Under the pieces are notes generated by a model that saw only the letters and a program-made list of their open reading frames with translations, did not search any database and had not been told where the DNA came from. The translations under genes and the position numbers were made by a program. Below, in pieces: positions 49,901 to 64,000 of a stretch of 64,000 nt of DNA. Origin of the DNA: Eledone cirrhosa (lineage: Eukaryota); assembly GCA_964016885.1 (NCBI GenBank), contig OZ024742.1, positions 15,500,001 to 15,564,000 on the forward strand, in the 5' to 3' direction. Position 1 is the stretch's first letter, and every line of letters begins with the position of its first letter.

Positions 49901-52900
49901 TCAGAGTAAAGTGTGATTATTAAAGAACCTCAGGGTAAAGTGTGATTATTAAAGAACCACAGAGTAAAGTGTGATTATTAAAGAACCTCAGAGTAAAGTG
50001 TGATTATTAAAGAACCTCAGAGTAAAGAGTGATTATTAAAGAACCACTGAGAAATGTGTGATTATTAAAGAACCACAGAGTAAAGTGTGATTATTAAAGA
50101 ACCACAGAGTAAAGTGTGATTATTAAAGAACCTCAGAGTAAAGTGTGATTATTAAAGAACCACAGAGTAAAGTGTGATTATTAAAGAAGCTCAGAGTAAA
50201 GTGTGATTATTAAAGAACCTCAGAGTAAAGGGTGATTATTAAAGAACCACAGAGTAAAGTGTGATTATTAAAGAACCTCAGAGTAAAGTGTGATTATTAA
50301 AGAACCATACAGAAATGTGAGATTATTAAAGAACCACAGAGTAAAGTGTGATTATTAAAGAACCTCAGAGTAAAGTGTGATTATTAAAGAACCTCAGAGG
50401 AAAAGTGTGATTATTAAAGAACCTCAGAGTAAAGTGTGATTATTAAAGAACCCCAGAGTAAAGTGTCATTATTAAGGAACCTCAGAGTAAAGCGTGATTA
50501 TTAAAGAACCACAGAGTAAAGTGTGATTATTAAAGAACCTCAGAGTAAAGTGTGATTATTAAAGAACCTCAGAGTAAAGTGTGATTATTAAAGAACCACA
50601 GAGAAATGTGTGATTATTAAAGAACCACAGAGTAAAGTGTGATTATTAATGAACCTCAGAGTAAAGTGTTGATTATTAAAGAACCTCAGAGTAAAGTGTT
50701 GATTATTAAAGAACCTCAGAGTAAAGTGTGATTATTAAAGAACCTCAGAGTAAAGTGTGATTATTAAAGAACCACAGAGTAAAGTGTGATTATTAAAGAA
50801 CCTCAGAGTAAAGTGTGATTATTAAAGAACCACAGAGAAATGTGTGATTATTAAAGAACCACAGAGTAAAGTGTGATAATTAAAGAACCACAGAGAAATG
50901 TGTGATTATTAAAGAACCACAGAGTAAAGTGTGATTAATAAAGAACCTCAGATTAAAGTGTGATTATTAAAGAACCTCAGAGTAAAGTGTTGATTATTAA
51001 AGAACCTCAGAGTAAAGTGTGATTATTAAAGAACCTCAGAGTAAAGTGTGATTATTAAAGAACCACAGAGTAAAGTGTGATTATTAAAGAACCTCAGAGT
51101 AAAGTGTGATTATTAAAGAACCACAGAGAAATGTGTGATTAGTAAAGAACCACAGAGTAAAGTGTGATTATTAAAGAACCTCAGAGTAAAGTGTGATTAT
51201 TAAAGAGCCAGTGTCATGTGTGATTATTAAAGAACCACAGAGTAAAGTGTGATTATTAAAGAACCTCAGAGTAAAGTGTGATTATTAAAGAACCCCAGAG
51301 TAATGTGTGATTATTAAAGAAACTCAGGGTAAAGTGTGATTATTAAAGTACCACAGAGTACAGTGTAATTATTAAAGAACCTCAGTGTCATGTGTGATTA
51401 TTAAAGAACCTCAGAGTAAAGTGTGATTATTAAAGAACCACAGAGTAAAGTGTTATTATTAAAGAACCACAGAGAAATGTGAGATTATTAAAGAACCACA
51501 GAGTAAAGTGTGATTATTAAAGAACCTCAGAGCAAAGTGTGATTATTAAAGAACCTCAGAGTAAAGTGTGATTATTAAAGAACCTCAGAGTAAAGTGTGA
51601 TTATTAAAGAACCTCAGAGCAAAGTGTGATTATTAAAGAACCTCAGAGTAAAGTGAGATTATTAAAGAACCACAGAGTAAAGTGTGATTATTAAAGAACC
51701 TCAGAGTAAAGTGTGATTAGTAAAGAACCTCAGAGTAAAGTGTGATTATTAAAGAACCACTGAGAAATGTGTGATTATTAAAGAACCACAGAGTAAAGTG
51801 TGATTATTAAAGAACCACAGAGTAAAGTGTGATTATTAAAGAACCTCAGAGTAAAGTGTGATCATTAAAGAACCTCAGAGTAAAGTGTGATTATTAAAGA
51901 ACCTCAGAGTAAAGTGTGATTATTAAAGAACCACAGAGTAAAGTGTGATTATTAAAGAACCTCAGAGTAAAGTGTGATAATTAAAGAACCACAGAGAAAT
52001 GTGTGATTATTAAAGAACCACAGAGTAAAGTGTGATTAATAAAGAACCACAGAGAAATGTGTGATTATTAACGAACCACAGAGTAAAGTGTGATTATTAA
52101 AGAACCACAGAGAAATGTGTGATTATTAAAGAACCTCAGAGTAAAGTGTGATTATTAAAGAACCTCAGAGTAAAGTGTGATTATTAAAGAACCTCAGAAT
52201 AAAGTGTGATTATTAAAGAACCACAGAGTAAAGTGTGATTATTAATGAACCTCAGAGTAAAGTGTGATTATTAAAGAACCATACAGAAATGTGAGATTAT
52301 TAAAGAACCACAGAGTAAAGTGTGATTATTAAAGAACCTCAGAGTAAAGTGTGATTATTAAAGAACCTCAGAGGAAAAGTGTGATTATTAAAGAACCTCA
52401 GAGTAAAGTGTGATTATTAAAGAACCCCAGAGTAAAGTGTGGTTATTAAGGAACCTCAGAGTAAAGTGTGATTATTAAAGAACCACAGAGTAAAGTGTGA
52501 TTATTAAAGAACCTCAGAGTAAAGTGTGATTATTAAAGAACCACAGAGTAAAGTGTGATTATTAAAGAACCTCAGAGTAAAGTTTGATTATTAAAGAACC
52601 ACAGAGAAATGTGTGATTATTAAAGAACCACAGAGTAAAGTGTGATTATTAAAGAACCTCAGAGTAAAGTGTGATTATTAAAGAACCTCAGAGTAAAGTG
52701 TGATTATTAAAGAACCTCAGTGTCATGTGCGATTATTAAAGAACCTCAGAGTAAAGTGTGATTATTAAAGAACCTCAGAGTAAAGTGTGATTATTAAAGA
52801 ACCTCAGAGTTAAGTGTGATTATTAAAGAAACTCAGGGTAAAGTGTGATTATTAAAGTACCACAGAGTACAGTGTAATTATTAAAGAACCTCAGTGTCAT

Positions 52901-55900
52901 GTGTGATTATTAAAGAACCTCAGAGTAAAGTGTGATTATTAAAGAACCACAGAGTAAAGTGTTATTATTAAAGAACCACAGAGAAATGTGAGATTATTAA
53001 AGAACCACAGAGTAAAGTGTGATTATTAAAGAACCACAGAGTAAAGTGTGATTATTAAAGAACCTCAGAGTAAAGTGTGATCATTAAAGAACCTCAGAGT
53101 AAAGTGTGATTATTAAAGAACCTCAGAGTAAAGTGTGATTATTAAAGAACCACAGAGAAATGTGTGATTATTAAAGAACCACAGAGTAAAGTGCGATTAT
53201 TAAAGAACCACAGAGTAAAGTGTGATTATTAAAGAACCTCAGAGTAAAGTGTGATTATTAAAGAACCACAGAGAAATGTGTGATTATTAAAGAACCTCAG
53301 AGAAAACTGTGATTATTAAAGAACCACAGAGAAATGTGTGATTATTAAAGAACCTCAGAGTAAAGTGTGATTATTAAAGAACCTCAGAGTAAAGTGTGAT
53401 AATTAAAGAACCACAGAGAAATGAGTGATTATTAAAGAACCCCAGAGTAAAGTGCGATTATTAAGGAACCTCAGAGTAAACTGTGATTATTAAAGAACCA
53501 CAGAGTAAAGTGTGATTATTAAAGAACCTCAGAGTAAAGTGTGATTATTAAAGAACCACAGAGTAAAGTGTGATTATTAAAGAACCACAGAGAAATGTGT
53601 GATTATTAAAGAACCACAGAGTAAAGTGTGATTATTAAAGAACCTCAGAGTAAAGTGTGATTATTAAAGAACCACAGAGTAAAGTGTGATTATTAAAGAA
53701 CCACAGAGTAAAGTGTGATTATTAAAGAACCACAGAGTAAAGTGTGATTATTAAAGTACCACAGAGTACAGTGTAATTATTAAAGAACCTCAGTGTCATG
53801 TGTGATTATTAAAGAACCTCAGAGTAAAGTGTGATTATTAAAGAACCACAGAGTAAAGTGTTATTATTAAAGAACCACAGAGAAATGTGTGATTATTAAA
53901 GACCCAGAGAGTAAAGGGTGATTATTAAAGAACCTCAGAGTAAAGCGTGATTATTAAAGAACCTCAGAGTAAAGTGTGATTATTAAAGAACCACAGAGTA
54001 AAGTGTGATTATTAAAGAACCTCAGAGTAAAGTGTTGATTATTAAAGAACCTCAGAGTAAAGTGTGATTATTAAGGAACCACAGAGAAATGTGTGATTAT
54101 TAAAGAACCACAGAGTAAAGTGTGATTATTAACGAACCACAGAGTAAAGTGTGATTATTAAAGAACCTCAGAGTAAAGTGTGATTATTAAAGGACCACAG
54201 AGAAATGTGTGATTATTAAAGAACGACAGAGTAAAGTGTGATTATTAAAGAACCTCAGAATAAAGTGTGATTATTAAAGAACCACAGAGAAATGTGTGAT
54301 TATTAAAGAACCTCAGAGAAAAGTGTGATTATTAAAGAACCACAGAGAAATGTGTGATTATTAAACAACCTCAGAGTACAGTGTGATTATTAAAGAACCT
54401 CAGAGTAAAGTGTGATAATTAAAGAACCACAGGGAAATGTGTGATTATTAACGAACCACAGAGTAAAGTGTGATTATTAAAGAACCACAGAGAAATGTGT
54501 GATTATTAAAGAACCTCAGAGTAAAGTGTGATTATTAAAGAACCTCAGAGTAAAGTGTGATTATTAAAGAACCTCAGAATAAAGTGTGATTATTAAAGAA
54601 CCACAGAGTAAAGTGTGATTATTAATGAACCTCAGAGTAAAGTGTGATTATTAAAGAACCATACAGAAATGTGAGATTATTAAAGAACCACAGAGTAAAG
54701 TGTGATTATTAAAGAACCTCAGAGTAAAGTGTGATTATTAAAGAACCTCAGAGGAAAAGTGTTATTATTAAAGAACCTCAGAGTAAAGTGTGATTATTAA
54801 AGAACCCCAGAGTAAAGTGTGATTATTAAGGAACCTCAGAGTAAAGTGTGATTATTAAAGAACCACAGAGTAAAGTGTGATTATTAAAGAACCTCAGAGT
54901 AAAGTGTGATTATTAAAAAACCACAGAGTAAAGTGTGATTATTAACGAACCACAGAGAAATGTGTGATTATTAAAGAACCACAGAGTAAAGTGTGATTAT
55001 TAAAGAACCTCAGAGTAAAGTGTGATTATTAAAGAACCACAGAGTAAAGTGTGATTATTAAAGAACCACAGAGTAAAGTGTGATTATTAAAGAACAACAG
55101 AGTAAAGTGTGATTACTAAAGTACCACAGAGTACAGTGTAATTATTAAAGAACCTCAGTGTCATGTGTGATTATTAAAGAACCTCAGAGTAAAGTGTGAT
55201 TATTAAAGAACCACAGAGTAAAGTGCTATTATTAAAGAACCACAGAGTAAAGTGTGATTATTAAAGAACCTCAGAGTAAAGTGTGATTATTAAAGAACCA
55301 CAGAGTAAAGTGTGATTATTAAAGAACCACAGAGTAAAGTGTGATTATTAAAGAACCACAGTGTAAAGTGTGATTATTAAAGTACCACAGAGTACAGTGT
55401 AATTATTAAAGAACCTCAGTGTCATGTGTGATTATTAAAGAACCTCAGAGTAAAGTGTGATTATTAAAGAACCACAGAGTAAAGTGTTATTATTAAAGAA
55501 CCACAGAGAAATGTGAGATTATTAAAGACCCAGAGAGTAAAGGGTGATTATTAAAGAACCTCAGAGTAAAGTGTGATTATTAAAGAACCTCAGAGTAAAG
55601 TGTGATTATTAAAGAACCACAGAGTAAAGTGTGATTATTAAAGAACCTCAGAGTAAAGTGTTGATTATTAAAGAACCTCAGAGTAAAGTGTGATTATTAA
55701 AGGACCTCAGAGTAAAGTGTGATTATTAAAGAACCACAGAGTAAAGTGTGATTATTAAAGAACCTCAGAGTAAAGTGTGATTATTAAAGAACCACAGAGA
55801 AATGTGTGATTATTAAAGAACCACAGAGTAAAGTGTGATTATTAAAGAACCTCAGAGTAAAGTGTGATTATTAAAGAACCTCAGAGTAAAGTGTGATTAT

Positions 55901-58900
55901 TAAAGAACCTCAGTGTCATGTGCGATTATTAAAGAACCTCAGAGTAAAGTGTGATTATTAAAGAACCTCAGAGTAAAGTGTGATTATTAAAGAACCTCAG
56001 AGTTAAGTGTGATTATTAAAGAACCACAGAGTAAAGTGTTATTATTAAAGAACCACAGAGAAATGTGAGATTATTAAAGAACCACAGAGTAAAGTGTGAT
56101 TATTAAAGAACCACAGAGTAAAGTGTGATTATTAAAGAACCTCAGAGTAAAGTGTGATCATTAAAGAACCTCAGAGTAAAGTGTGATTATTAAAGAACCT
56201 CAGAGTAAAGTGTGATTATTAAAGAACCACAGAGAAATGTGTGATTATTAAAGAACCACAGAGTAAAGTGCGATTATTAAAGAACCACAGAGTAAAGTGT
56301 GATTATTAAAGAACCTCAGAGTAAAGTGTGATTATTAAAGAACCACAGAGAAATGTGTGATTATTAAAGAACCTCAGAGAAAACTGTGATTATTAAAGAA
56401 CCACAGAGAAATGTGTGATTATTAAAGAACCTCAGAGTAAAGTGTGATTATTAAAGAACCTCAGAGTAAAGTGTGATAATTAAAGAACCACAGAGAAATG
56501 AGTGATTATTAAAGAACCCCAGAGTAAAGTGCGATTATTAAGGAACCTCAGAGTAAAGTGTGATTATTAAAGAACCACAGAGTAAAGTGTGATTATTAAA
56601 GAACCTCAGAGTAAAGTGTGATTATTAAAGAACCACAGAGTAAAGTGTGATTATTAAAGAACCACAGAGAAATGTGTGATTATTAAAGAACCACAGAGTA
56701 AAGTGTGATTATTAAAGAACCTCAGAGTAAAGTGTGATTATTAAAGAACCACAGAGTAAAGTGTGATTATTAAAGAACCACAGAGTAAAGTGTGATTATT
56801 AAAGAACCACAGAGTAAAGTGTGATTATTAAAGTACCACAGAGTACAGTGTAATTATTAAAGAACCTCAGTGTCATGTGTGATTATTAAAGAACCTCAGA
56901 GTAAAGTGTGATTATTAAAGAACCACAGAGTAAAGTGTTATTATTAAAGAACCACAGAGAAATGTGTGATTATTAAAGACCCAGAGAGTAAAGGGTGATT
57001 ATTAAAGAACCTCAGAGTAAAGCGTGATTATTAAAGAACCTCAGAGTAAAGTGTGATTATTAAAGAACCACAGAGTAAAGTGTGATTATTAAAGAACCTC
57101 AGAGTAAAGTGTTGATTATTAAAGAACCTCAGAGTAAAGTGTGATTATTAAAGAACCTCAGAGTAAAGTGTGATTATTAAAGAACCACAGAGAAATGTGT
57201 GATTATTAAAGAACCACAGAGTAAAGTGTGATTATTAAAGAACCTCAGAGTAAAGTGTGATTATTAAAGAACCTCAGAGTAAAGTGTGATTATTAAAGAA
57301 CCAGTGTCATGTGCGATTATTAAAGAACCACAGAGTAAAGTGTGATTATTAAAGAACCTCAGAGTAAAGTGTGATTATTAAAGAACCTCAGAGTAAAGTG
57401 TGATTATTAAAGAACCTCAGAGTTAAGTGTGATTATTAAAGAAACTCAGGGTAAAGTGTGATTATTAAAGTACCACAGAGTACAGTGTAATTATTAAAGA
57501 ACCTCAGTGTCATGTGTGATTATTAAAGAACCTCAGAGTAAAGTGTGATTATTAAAGAACCACAGAGTAAAGTGTTATTATTAAAGAACCACAGAGAAAT
57601 GTGAGATTATTAAAGAACCACGGAGTAAAGTGTGATTATTAAAGAACCACAGAGAAATGTGTGATTATTAAAGAACCTCAGAGTAAAGTGCGATTATTAA
57701 AGGACCACAGAGTAAAGTGTGATTATTAAAGAACCTCAGAGTAAAGTGTGATTATTAAAGAACCACAGAGAAATGTGTGATTATTAAAGAACCTCAAAGA
57801 AAAGTGTGATTATTAAAGAACCACAGAGAAATGTGTGATTATTAAAGAACCTCAGAGTAAAGTGTGATTATTAAAGAACCTCAGAGTAAAGTGTGATAAT
57901 TAAAGAACCACAGAGAAATGTGTGATTATTAAAGAACCACAGAGTAAAGTGTGATTAATAAAGAACCACAGAGAAATGTGTGATTATTAACGAACCACAG
58001 AGTAAAGTGTGATTATTAAAGAACCACAGAGAAATGTGTGATTATTAAAGAACCTCAGAGTAAAGTGTGATTATTAAAGAACCTCAGAATAAAGTGTGAT
58101 TATTAAAGAACCACAGAGTAAAGTGTGATTATTAATGAACCTCAGAGTAAAGTGTGATTATTAAAGAACCACAGAGTAAAGTGTGATTATTAAAGAACCA
58201 CATAGAAATGTGTGATTATTAAAGAACCACAGAGTAAAGTGTGATTATTAAAGAACCTCAGAGTAAAGTGTGATTATTAAAGGACCACAGAGTAAAGTGG
58301 GATTATTAAAGAACCACAGAGTAAAGTGTGATTATTAAAGAACAACAGAGTAAAGTGTGATTATTAAAGTACCACAGAGTCCAGTGTAATTATTAAAGAA
58401 CCCCAGTGTCATGTGTGATTATTAAAGAATCTCAGAGTAAAGTGTGATTATTAAAGAACCACAGAGTAAAGTGTTATTATTAAAGAACCACAGAGTAAAG
58501 TGTGATTATTAAAGAACCTCAGAGCAAAGTGTAATTATTAAAGAACCTCAGAGTAAAGTGTGATTATTAAAGAACCTCAGAGTAAAGTGTGATTATTAAA
58601 GAACCACAGAGTAAAGTGTGATTATTAAAGAACCTCAGAGTAAAGTGTTGATCATTAAAGAACCTCAGAGTAAAGTGTGATTATTAAAGAACCTCAGAGT
58701 AAAGTGTGATTATTAAAGAACCATAGAGAAATGTGTGATTATTAAAGAACCTCAGAGTAAAGTGTGATTATTAAAGAACCATAGAGAAATGTGTGATTAT
58801 TAAAGAACCTCAGAGTAAAGTGTGATTATTAAAGAACCACAGAGTAAAGTGTGATTATTAAAGAACCTCAGAGTAAAGTGTGATTATTAAAGAACCTCAG

Positions 58901-61900
58901 AGTAAAGTGTGATTATTAAAGAACCACAGAGTAATGTGAGATTATTAAAGAACCACAGAGTAAAGTGTGATTATTAAAGAACCTCAGAGCAAAGTGTGAT
59001 TATTAAAGAACCACTGAGAAATGTGTGATTATTAAAGAACCACAGAGTAAAGTGTGATTATTAAAGAACCTCAGAGTTAAGTGTGATTATTAAAGAAACT
59101 CAGGGTAAAGTGTGATTATTAAAGTACCACAGAGTACAGTGTAATTATTAAAGAACCTCAGTGTCATGTGTGATTATTAAAGAACCTCAGAGTAAAGTGT
59201 GATTATTAAAGAACCTCAGAGTAAAGTGTGATTATTAAAGAACCTCAGAGTAAAGTGTGATTATTAAAGAACCACAGAGTAATGTGAGATTATTAAAGAA
59301 CCACAGAGTAAAGTGTGATTATTAAAGAACCTCAGAGCAAAGTGTGATTATTAAAGAACCACTGAGAAATGTGTGATTATTAAAGAACCACAGAGTAAAG
59401 TGTGATTATTAAAGAACCTCAGAGTTAAGTGTGATTATTAAAGAAACTGAGGGTAAAGTGTGATTATTAAAGTACCACAGAGTACAGTGTTATTATTAAA
59501 GAACCTCAGTGTCATGTGTGATTATTAAAGAACCTCAGAGTAAAGTGTGATTATTAAAGAACCACAGAGTAAAGTGTTATTATTAAAGAACCTCAGAGCA
59601 AAGTGTGATTATTAAAGAACATCAGAGTAAAGTGTGATTATTAAAGAACCTCAGGGTAAAGTGTGATTATTAAAGAACCACAGAGTAAAGTGTGATTATT
59701 AAAGAACCTCAGAGTAAAGTGTGATTATTAAAGAACCTCAGAGTAAAGAGTGATTATTAAAGAACCACTGAGAAATGTGTGATTATTAAAGAACCACAGA
59801 GTAAAGTGTGATTATTAAAGAACCACAGAGTAAAGTGTGATTATTAAAGAACCTCAGAGTAAAGTGTGATTATTAAAGAACCACAGAGTAAAGTGTGATT
59901 ATTAAAGAAGCTCAGAGTAAAGTGTGATTATTAAAGAACCTCAGAGTAAAGGGTGATTATTAAAGAACCACAGAGTAAAGTGTGATTATTAAAGAACCTC
60001 AGAGTAAAGTGTGATTATTAAAGAACCATACAGAAATGTGAGATTATTAAAGAACCACAGAGTAAAGTGTGATTATTAAAGAACCTCAGAGTAAAGTGTG
60101 ATTATTAAAGAACCTCAGAGGAAAAGTGTGATTATTAAAGAACCTCAGAGTAAAGTGTGATTATTAAAGAACCCCAGAGTAAAGTGTGATTATTAAGGAA
60201 CCTCAGAGTAAAGCGTGATTATTAAAGAACCACAGAGTAAAGTGTGATTATTAAAGAACCTCAGAGTAAAGTGTGATTATTAAAGAACCTCAGAGTAAAG
60301 TGTGATTATTAAAGAACCACAGAGAAATGTGTGATTATTAAAGAACCACAGAGTAAAGTGTGATTATTAATGAACCTCAGAGTAAAGTGTTGATTATTAA
60401 AGAACCTCAGAGTAAAGTGTTGATTATTAAAGAACCTCAGAGTAAAGTGTGATTATTAAAGAACCTCAGAGTAAAGTGTGATTATTAAAGAACCACAGAG
60501 TAAAGTGTGATTATTAAAGAACCTCAGAGTAAAGTGTGATTATTAAAGAACCACAGAGAAATGTGTGATTATTAAAGAACCACAGAGTAAAGTGTGATAA
60601 TTAAAGAACCACAGAGAAATGTGTGATTATTAAAGAACCACAGAGTAAAGTGTGATTAATAAAGAACCTCAGATTAAAGTGTGATTATTAAAGAACCTCA
60701 GAATAAAGTGTGATTATTAAAGAACCTCAGAGTAAAGTGTTGATTATTAAAGAACCTCAGAGTAAAGTGTGATTATTAAAGAACCTCAGAGTAAAGTGTG
60801 ATTATTAAAGAACCACAGAGTAAAGTGTGATTATTAAAGAACCTCAGAGTAAAGTGTGATTATTAAAGAACCACAGAGAAATGTGTGATTAGTAAAGAAC
60901 CACAGAGTAAAGTGTGATTATTAAAGAACCTCAGAGTAAAGTGTGATTATTAAAGAGCCAGTGTAATGTGTGATTATTAAAGAACCACAGAGTAAAGTGT
61001 GATTATTAAAGAACCTCAGAGTAAAGTGTGATTATTAAAGAACCCCAGAGTAATGTGTGATTATTAAAGAAACTCAGGGTAAAGTGTGATTATTAAAGTA
61101 CCACAGAGTACAGTGTAATTATTAAAGAACCTCAGTGTCATGTGTGATTATTAAAGAACCTCAGAGTAAAGTGTGATTATTAAAGAACCACAGAGTAAAG
61201 TGTTATTATTAAAGAACCACAGAGAAATGTGAGATTATTAAAGAACCACAGAGTAAAGTGTGATTATTAAAGAACCTCAGAGCAAAGTGTGATTATTAAA
61301 GAACCTCAGAGTAAAGTGTGATTATTAAAGAACCTCAGAGTAAAGTGTGATTATTAAAGAACCTCAGAGCAAAGTGTGATTATTAAAGAACCTCAGAGTA
61401 AAGTGAGATTATTAAAGAACCACAGAGTAAAGTGTGATTATTAAAGAACCTCAGAGTAAAGTGTGATTAGTAAAGAACCTCAGAGTAAAGTGTGATTATT
61501 AAAGAACCACTGAGAAATGTGTGATTATTAAAGAACCTCAGAGTAAAGTGTGATTATTAAAGAACCATAGAGAAATGTGTGATTATTAAAGAACCTCAGA
61601 GTAAAGTGTGATTATTAAAGAACCATAGAGAAATGTGTGATTATTAAAGAACCTCAGAGTAAAGTGTGATTATTAAAGAACCACAGAGTAAAGTGTGATT
61701 ATTAAAGAACCTCAGAGTAAAGTGTGATTATTAAAGAACCTCAGAGTAAAGTGTGATTATTAAAGAACCACAGAGTAATGTGAGATTATTAAAGAACCAC
61801 AGAGTAAAGTGTGATTATTAAAGAACCTCAGAGCAAAGTGTGATTATTAAAGAACCACTGAGAAATGTGTGATTATTAAAGAACCACAGAGTAAAGTGTG

Positions 61901-64000
61901 ATTATTAAAGAACCTCAGAGTTAAGTGTGATTATTAAAGAAACTCAGGGTAAAGTGTGATTATTAAAGTACCACAGAGTACAGTGTAATTATTAAAGAAC
62001 CTCAGTGTCATGTGTGATTATTAAAGAACCTCAGAGTAAAGTGTGATTATTAAAGAACCTCAGAGTAAAGTGTGATTATTAAAGAACCTCAGAGTAAAGT
62101 GTGATTATTAAAGAACCACAGAGTAATGTGAGATTATTAAAGAACCACAGAGTAAAGTGTGATTATTAAAGAACCTCAGAGCAAAGTGTGATTATTAAAG
62201 AACCACTGAGAAATGTGTGATTATTAAAGAACCACAGAGTAAAGTGTGATTATTAAAGAACCTCAGAGTTAAGTGTGATTATTAAAGAAACTGAGGGTAA
62301 AGTGTGATTATTAAAGTACCACAGAGTACAGTGTTATTATTAAAGAACCTCAGTGTCATGTGTGATTATTAAAGAACCTCAGAGTAAAGTGTGATTATTA
62401 AAGAACCACAGAGTAAAGTGTTATTATTAAAGAACCTCAGAGCAAAGTGTGATTATTAAAGAACATCAGAGTAAAGTGTGATTATTAAAGAACCTCAGGG
62501 TAAAGTGTGATTATTAAAGAACCACAGAGTAAAGTGTGATTATTAAAGAACCTCAGAGTAAAGTGTGATTATTAAAGAACCTCAGAGTAAAGAGTGATTA
62601 TTAAAGAACCACTGAGAAATGTGTGATTATTAAAGAACCACAGAGTAAAGTGTGATTATTAAAGAACCACAGAGTAAAGTGTGATTATTAAAGAACCTCA
62701 GAGTAAAGTGTGATTATTAAAGAACCACAGAGTAAAGTGTGATTATTAAAGAAGCTCAGAGTAAAGTGTGATTATTAAAGAACCTCAGAGTAAAGGGTGA
62801 TTATTAAAGAACCACAGAGTAAAGTGTGATTATTAAAGAACCTCAGAGTAAAGTGTGATTATTAAAGAACCATACAGAAATGTGAGATTATTAAAGAACC
62901 ACAGAGTAAAGTGTGATTATTAAAGAACCTCAGAGTAAAGTGTGATTATTAAAGAACCTCAGAGGAAAAGTGTGATTATTAAAGAACCTCAGAGTAAAGT
63001 GTGATTATTAAAGAACCCCAGAGTAAAGTGTGATTATTAAGGAACCTCAGAGTAAAGCGTGATTATTAAAGAACCACAGAGTAAAGTGTGATTATTAAAG
63101 AACCTCAGAGTAAAGTGTGATTATTAAAGAACCTCAGAGTAAAGTGTGATTATTAAAGAACCACAGAGAAATGTGTGATTATTAAAGAACCACAGAGTAA
63201 AGTGTGATTATTAATGAACCTCAGAGTAAAGTGTTGATTATTAAAGAACCTCAGAGTAAAGTGTTGATTATTAAAGAACCTCAGAGTAAAGTGTGATTAT
63301 TAAAGAACCTCAGAGTAAAGTGTGATTATTAAAGAACCACAGAGTAAAGTGTGATTATTAAAGAACCTCAGAGTAAAGTGTGATTATTAAAGAACCACAG
63401 AGAAATGTGTGATTATTAAAGAACCACAGAGTAAAGTGTGATAATTAAAGAACCACAGAGAAATGTGTGATTATTAAAGAACCACAGAGTAAAGTGTGAT
63501 TAATAAAGAACCTCAGATTAAAGTGTGATTATTAAAGAACCTCAGAATAAAGTGTGATTATTAAAGAACCTCAGAGTAAAGTGTTGATTATTAAAGAACC
63601 TCAGAGTAAAGTGTGATTATTAAAGAACCTCAGAGTAAAGTGTGATTATTAAAGAACCACAGAGTAAAGTGTGATTATTAAAGAACCTCAGAGTAAAGTG
63701 TGATTATTAAAGAACCACAGAGAAATGTGTGATTAGTAAAGAACCACAGAGTAAAGTGTGATTATTAAAGAACCTCAGAGTAAAGTGTGATTATTAAAGA
63801 GCCAGTGTAATGTGTGATTATTAAAGAACCACAGAGTAAAGTGTGATTATTAAAGAACCTCAGAGTAAAGTGTGATTATTAAAGAACCCCAGAGTAATGT
63901 GTGATTATTAAAGAAACTCAGGGTAAAGTGTGATTATTAAAGTACCACAGAGTACAGTGTAATTATTAAAGAACCTCAGTGTCATGTGTGATTATTAAAG
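19925..64000. repeat. 29-bp satellite DNA array, consensus GATTATTAAAGAACC(A/T)CAGAGTAAAGTGT, ~1,520 monomers, runs off the window
   Basis: Head-to-tail 29-bp period with point variants and rare 27- and 30-bp units; no unique spacers and no ORFs. Confidence 0.99.

Noticed and set aside
19925-64000. CRISPR array (29-bp period)
   Set aside because: No unique spacers, units are head-to-tail, no cas genes, eukaryotic context

Overview
Eukaryotic, repeat-dominated window with no recognisable host gene. From memory, the SINE and microsatellite style resembles octopus/cephalopod DNA, but this is unverified. Bases 1-19.9 kb are a dense stack of retroelements, mostly sitting between (TA)n runs: a 5'-truncated RTE LINE with a PHD finger inside its RT, two Penelope-like elements (RT C-terminus plus GIY-YIG) with inverted terminal repeats, a near full-ORF2 L1/Tx1 LINE, several tRNA-derived SINEs, and fold-back remnants. 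About eight hammerhead ribozyme or hammerhead-like motifs were found by eye. From 19,925 to the window end lies a ~44-kb 29-bp satellite array (~1,520 monomers) with kb-scale higher-order duplications. Top leads: a non-coding ~1.55-kb retrozyme-like element with a hammerhead in each direct repeat (1905-3458), a near-perfect minimal hammerhead (13123-13189), and a probable Tx1-LINE/SINE pair sharing a 3' end and ATT-type targets.
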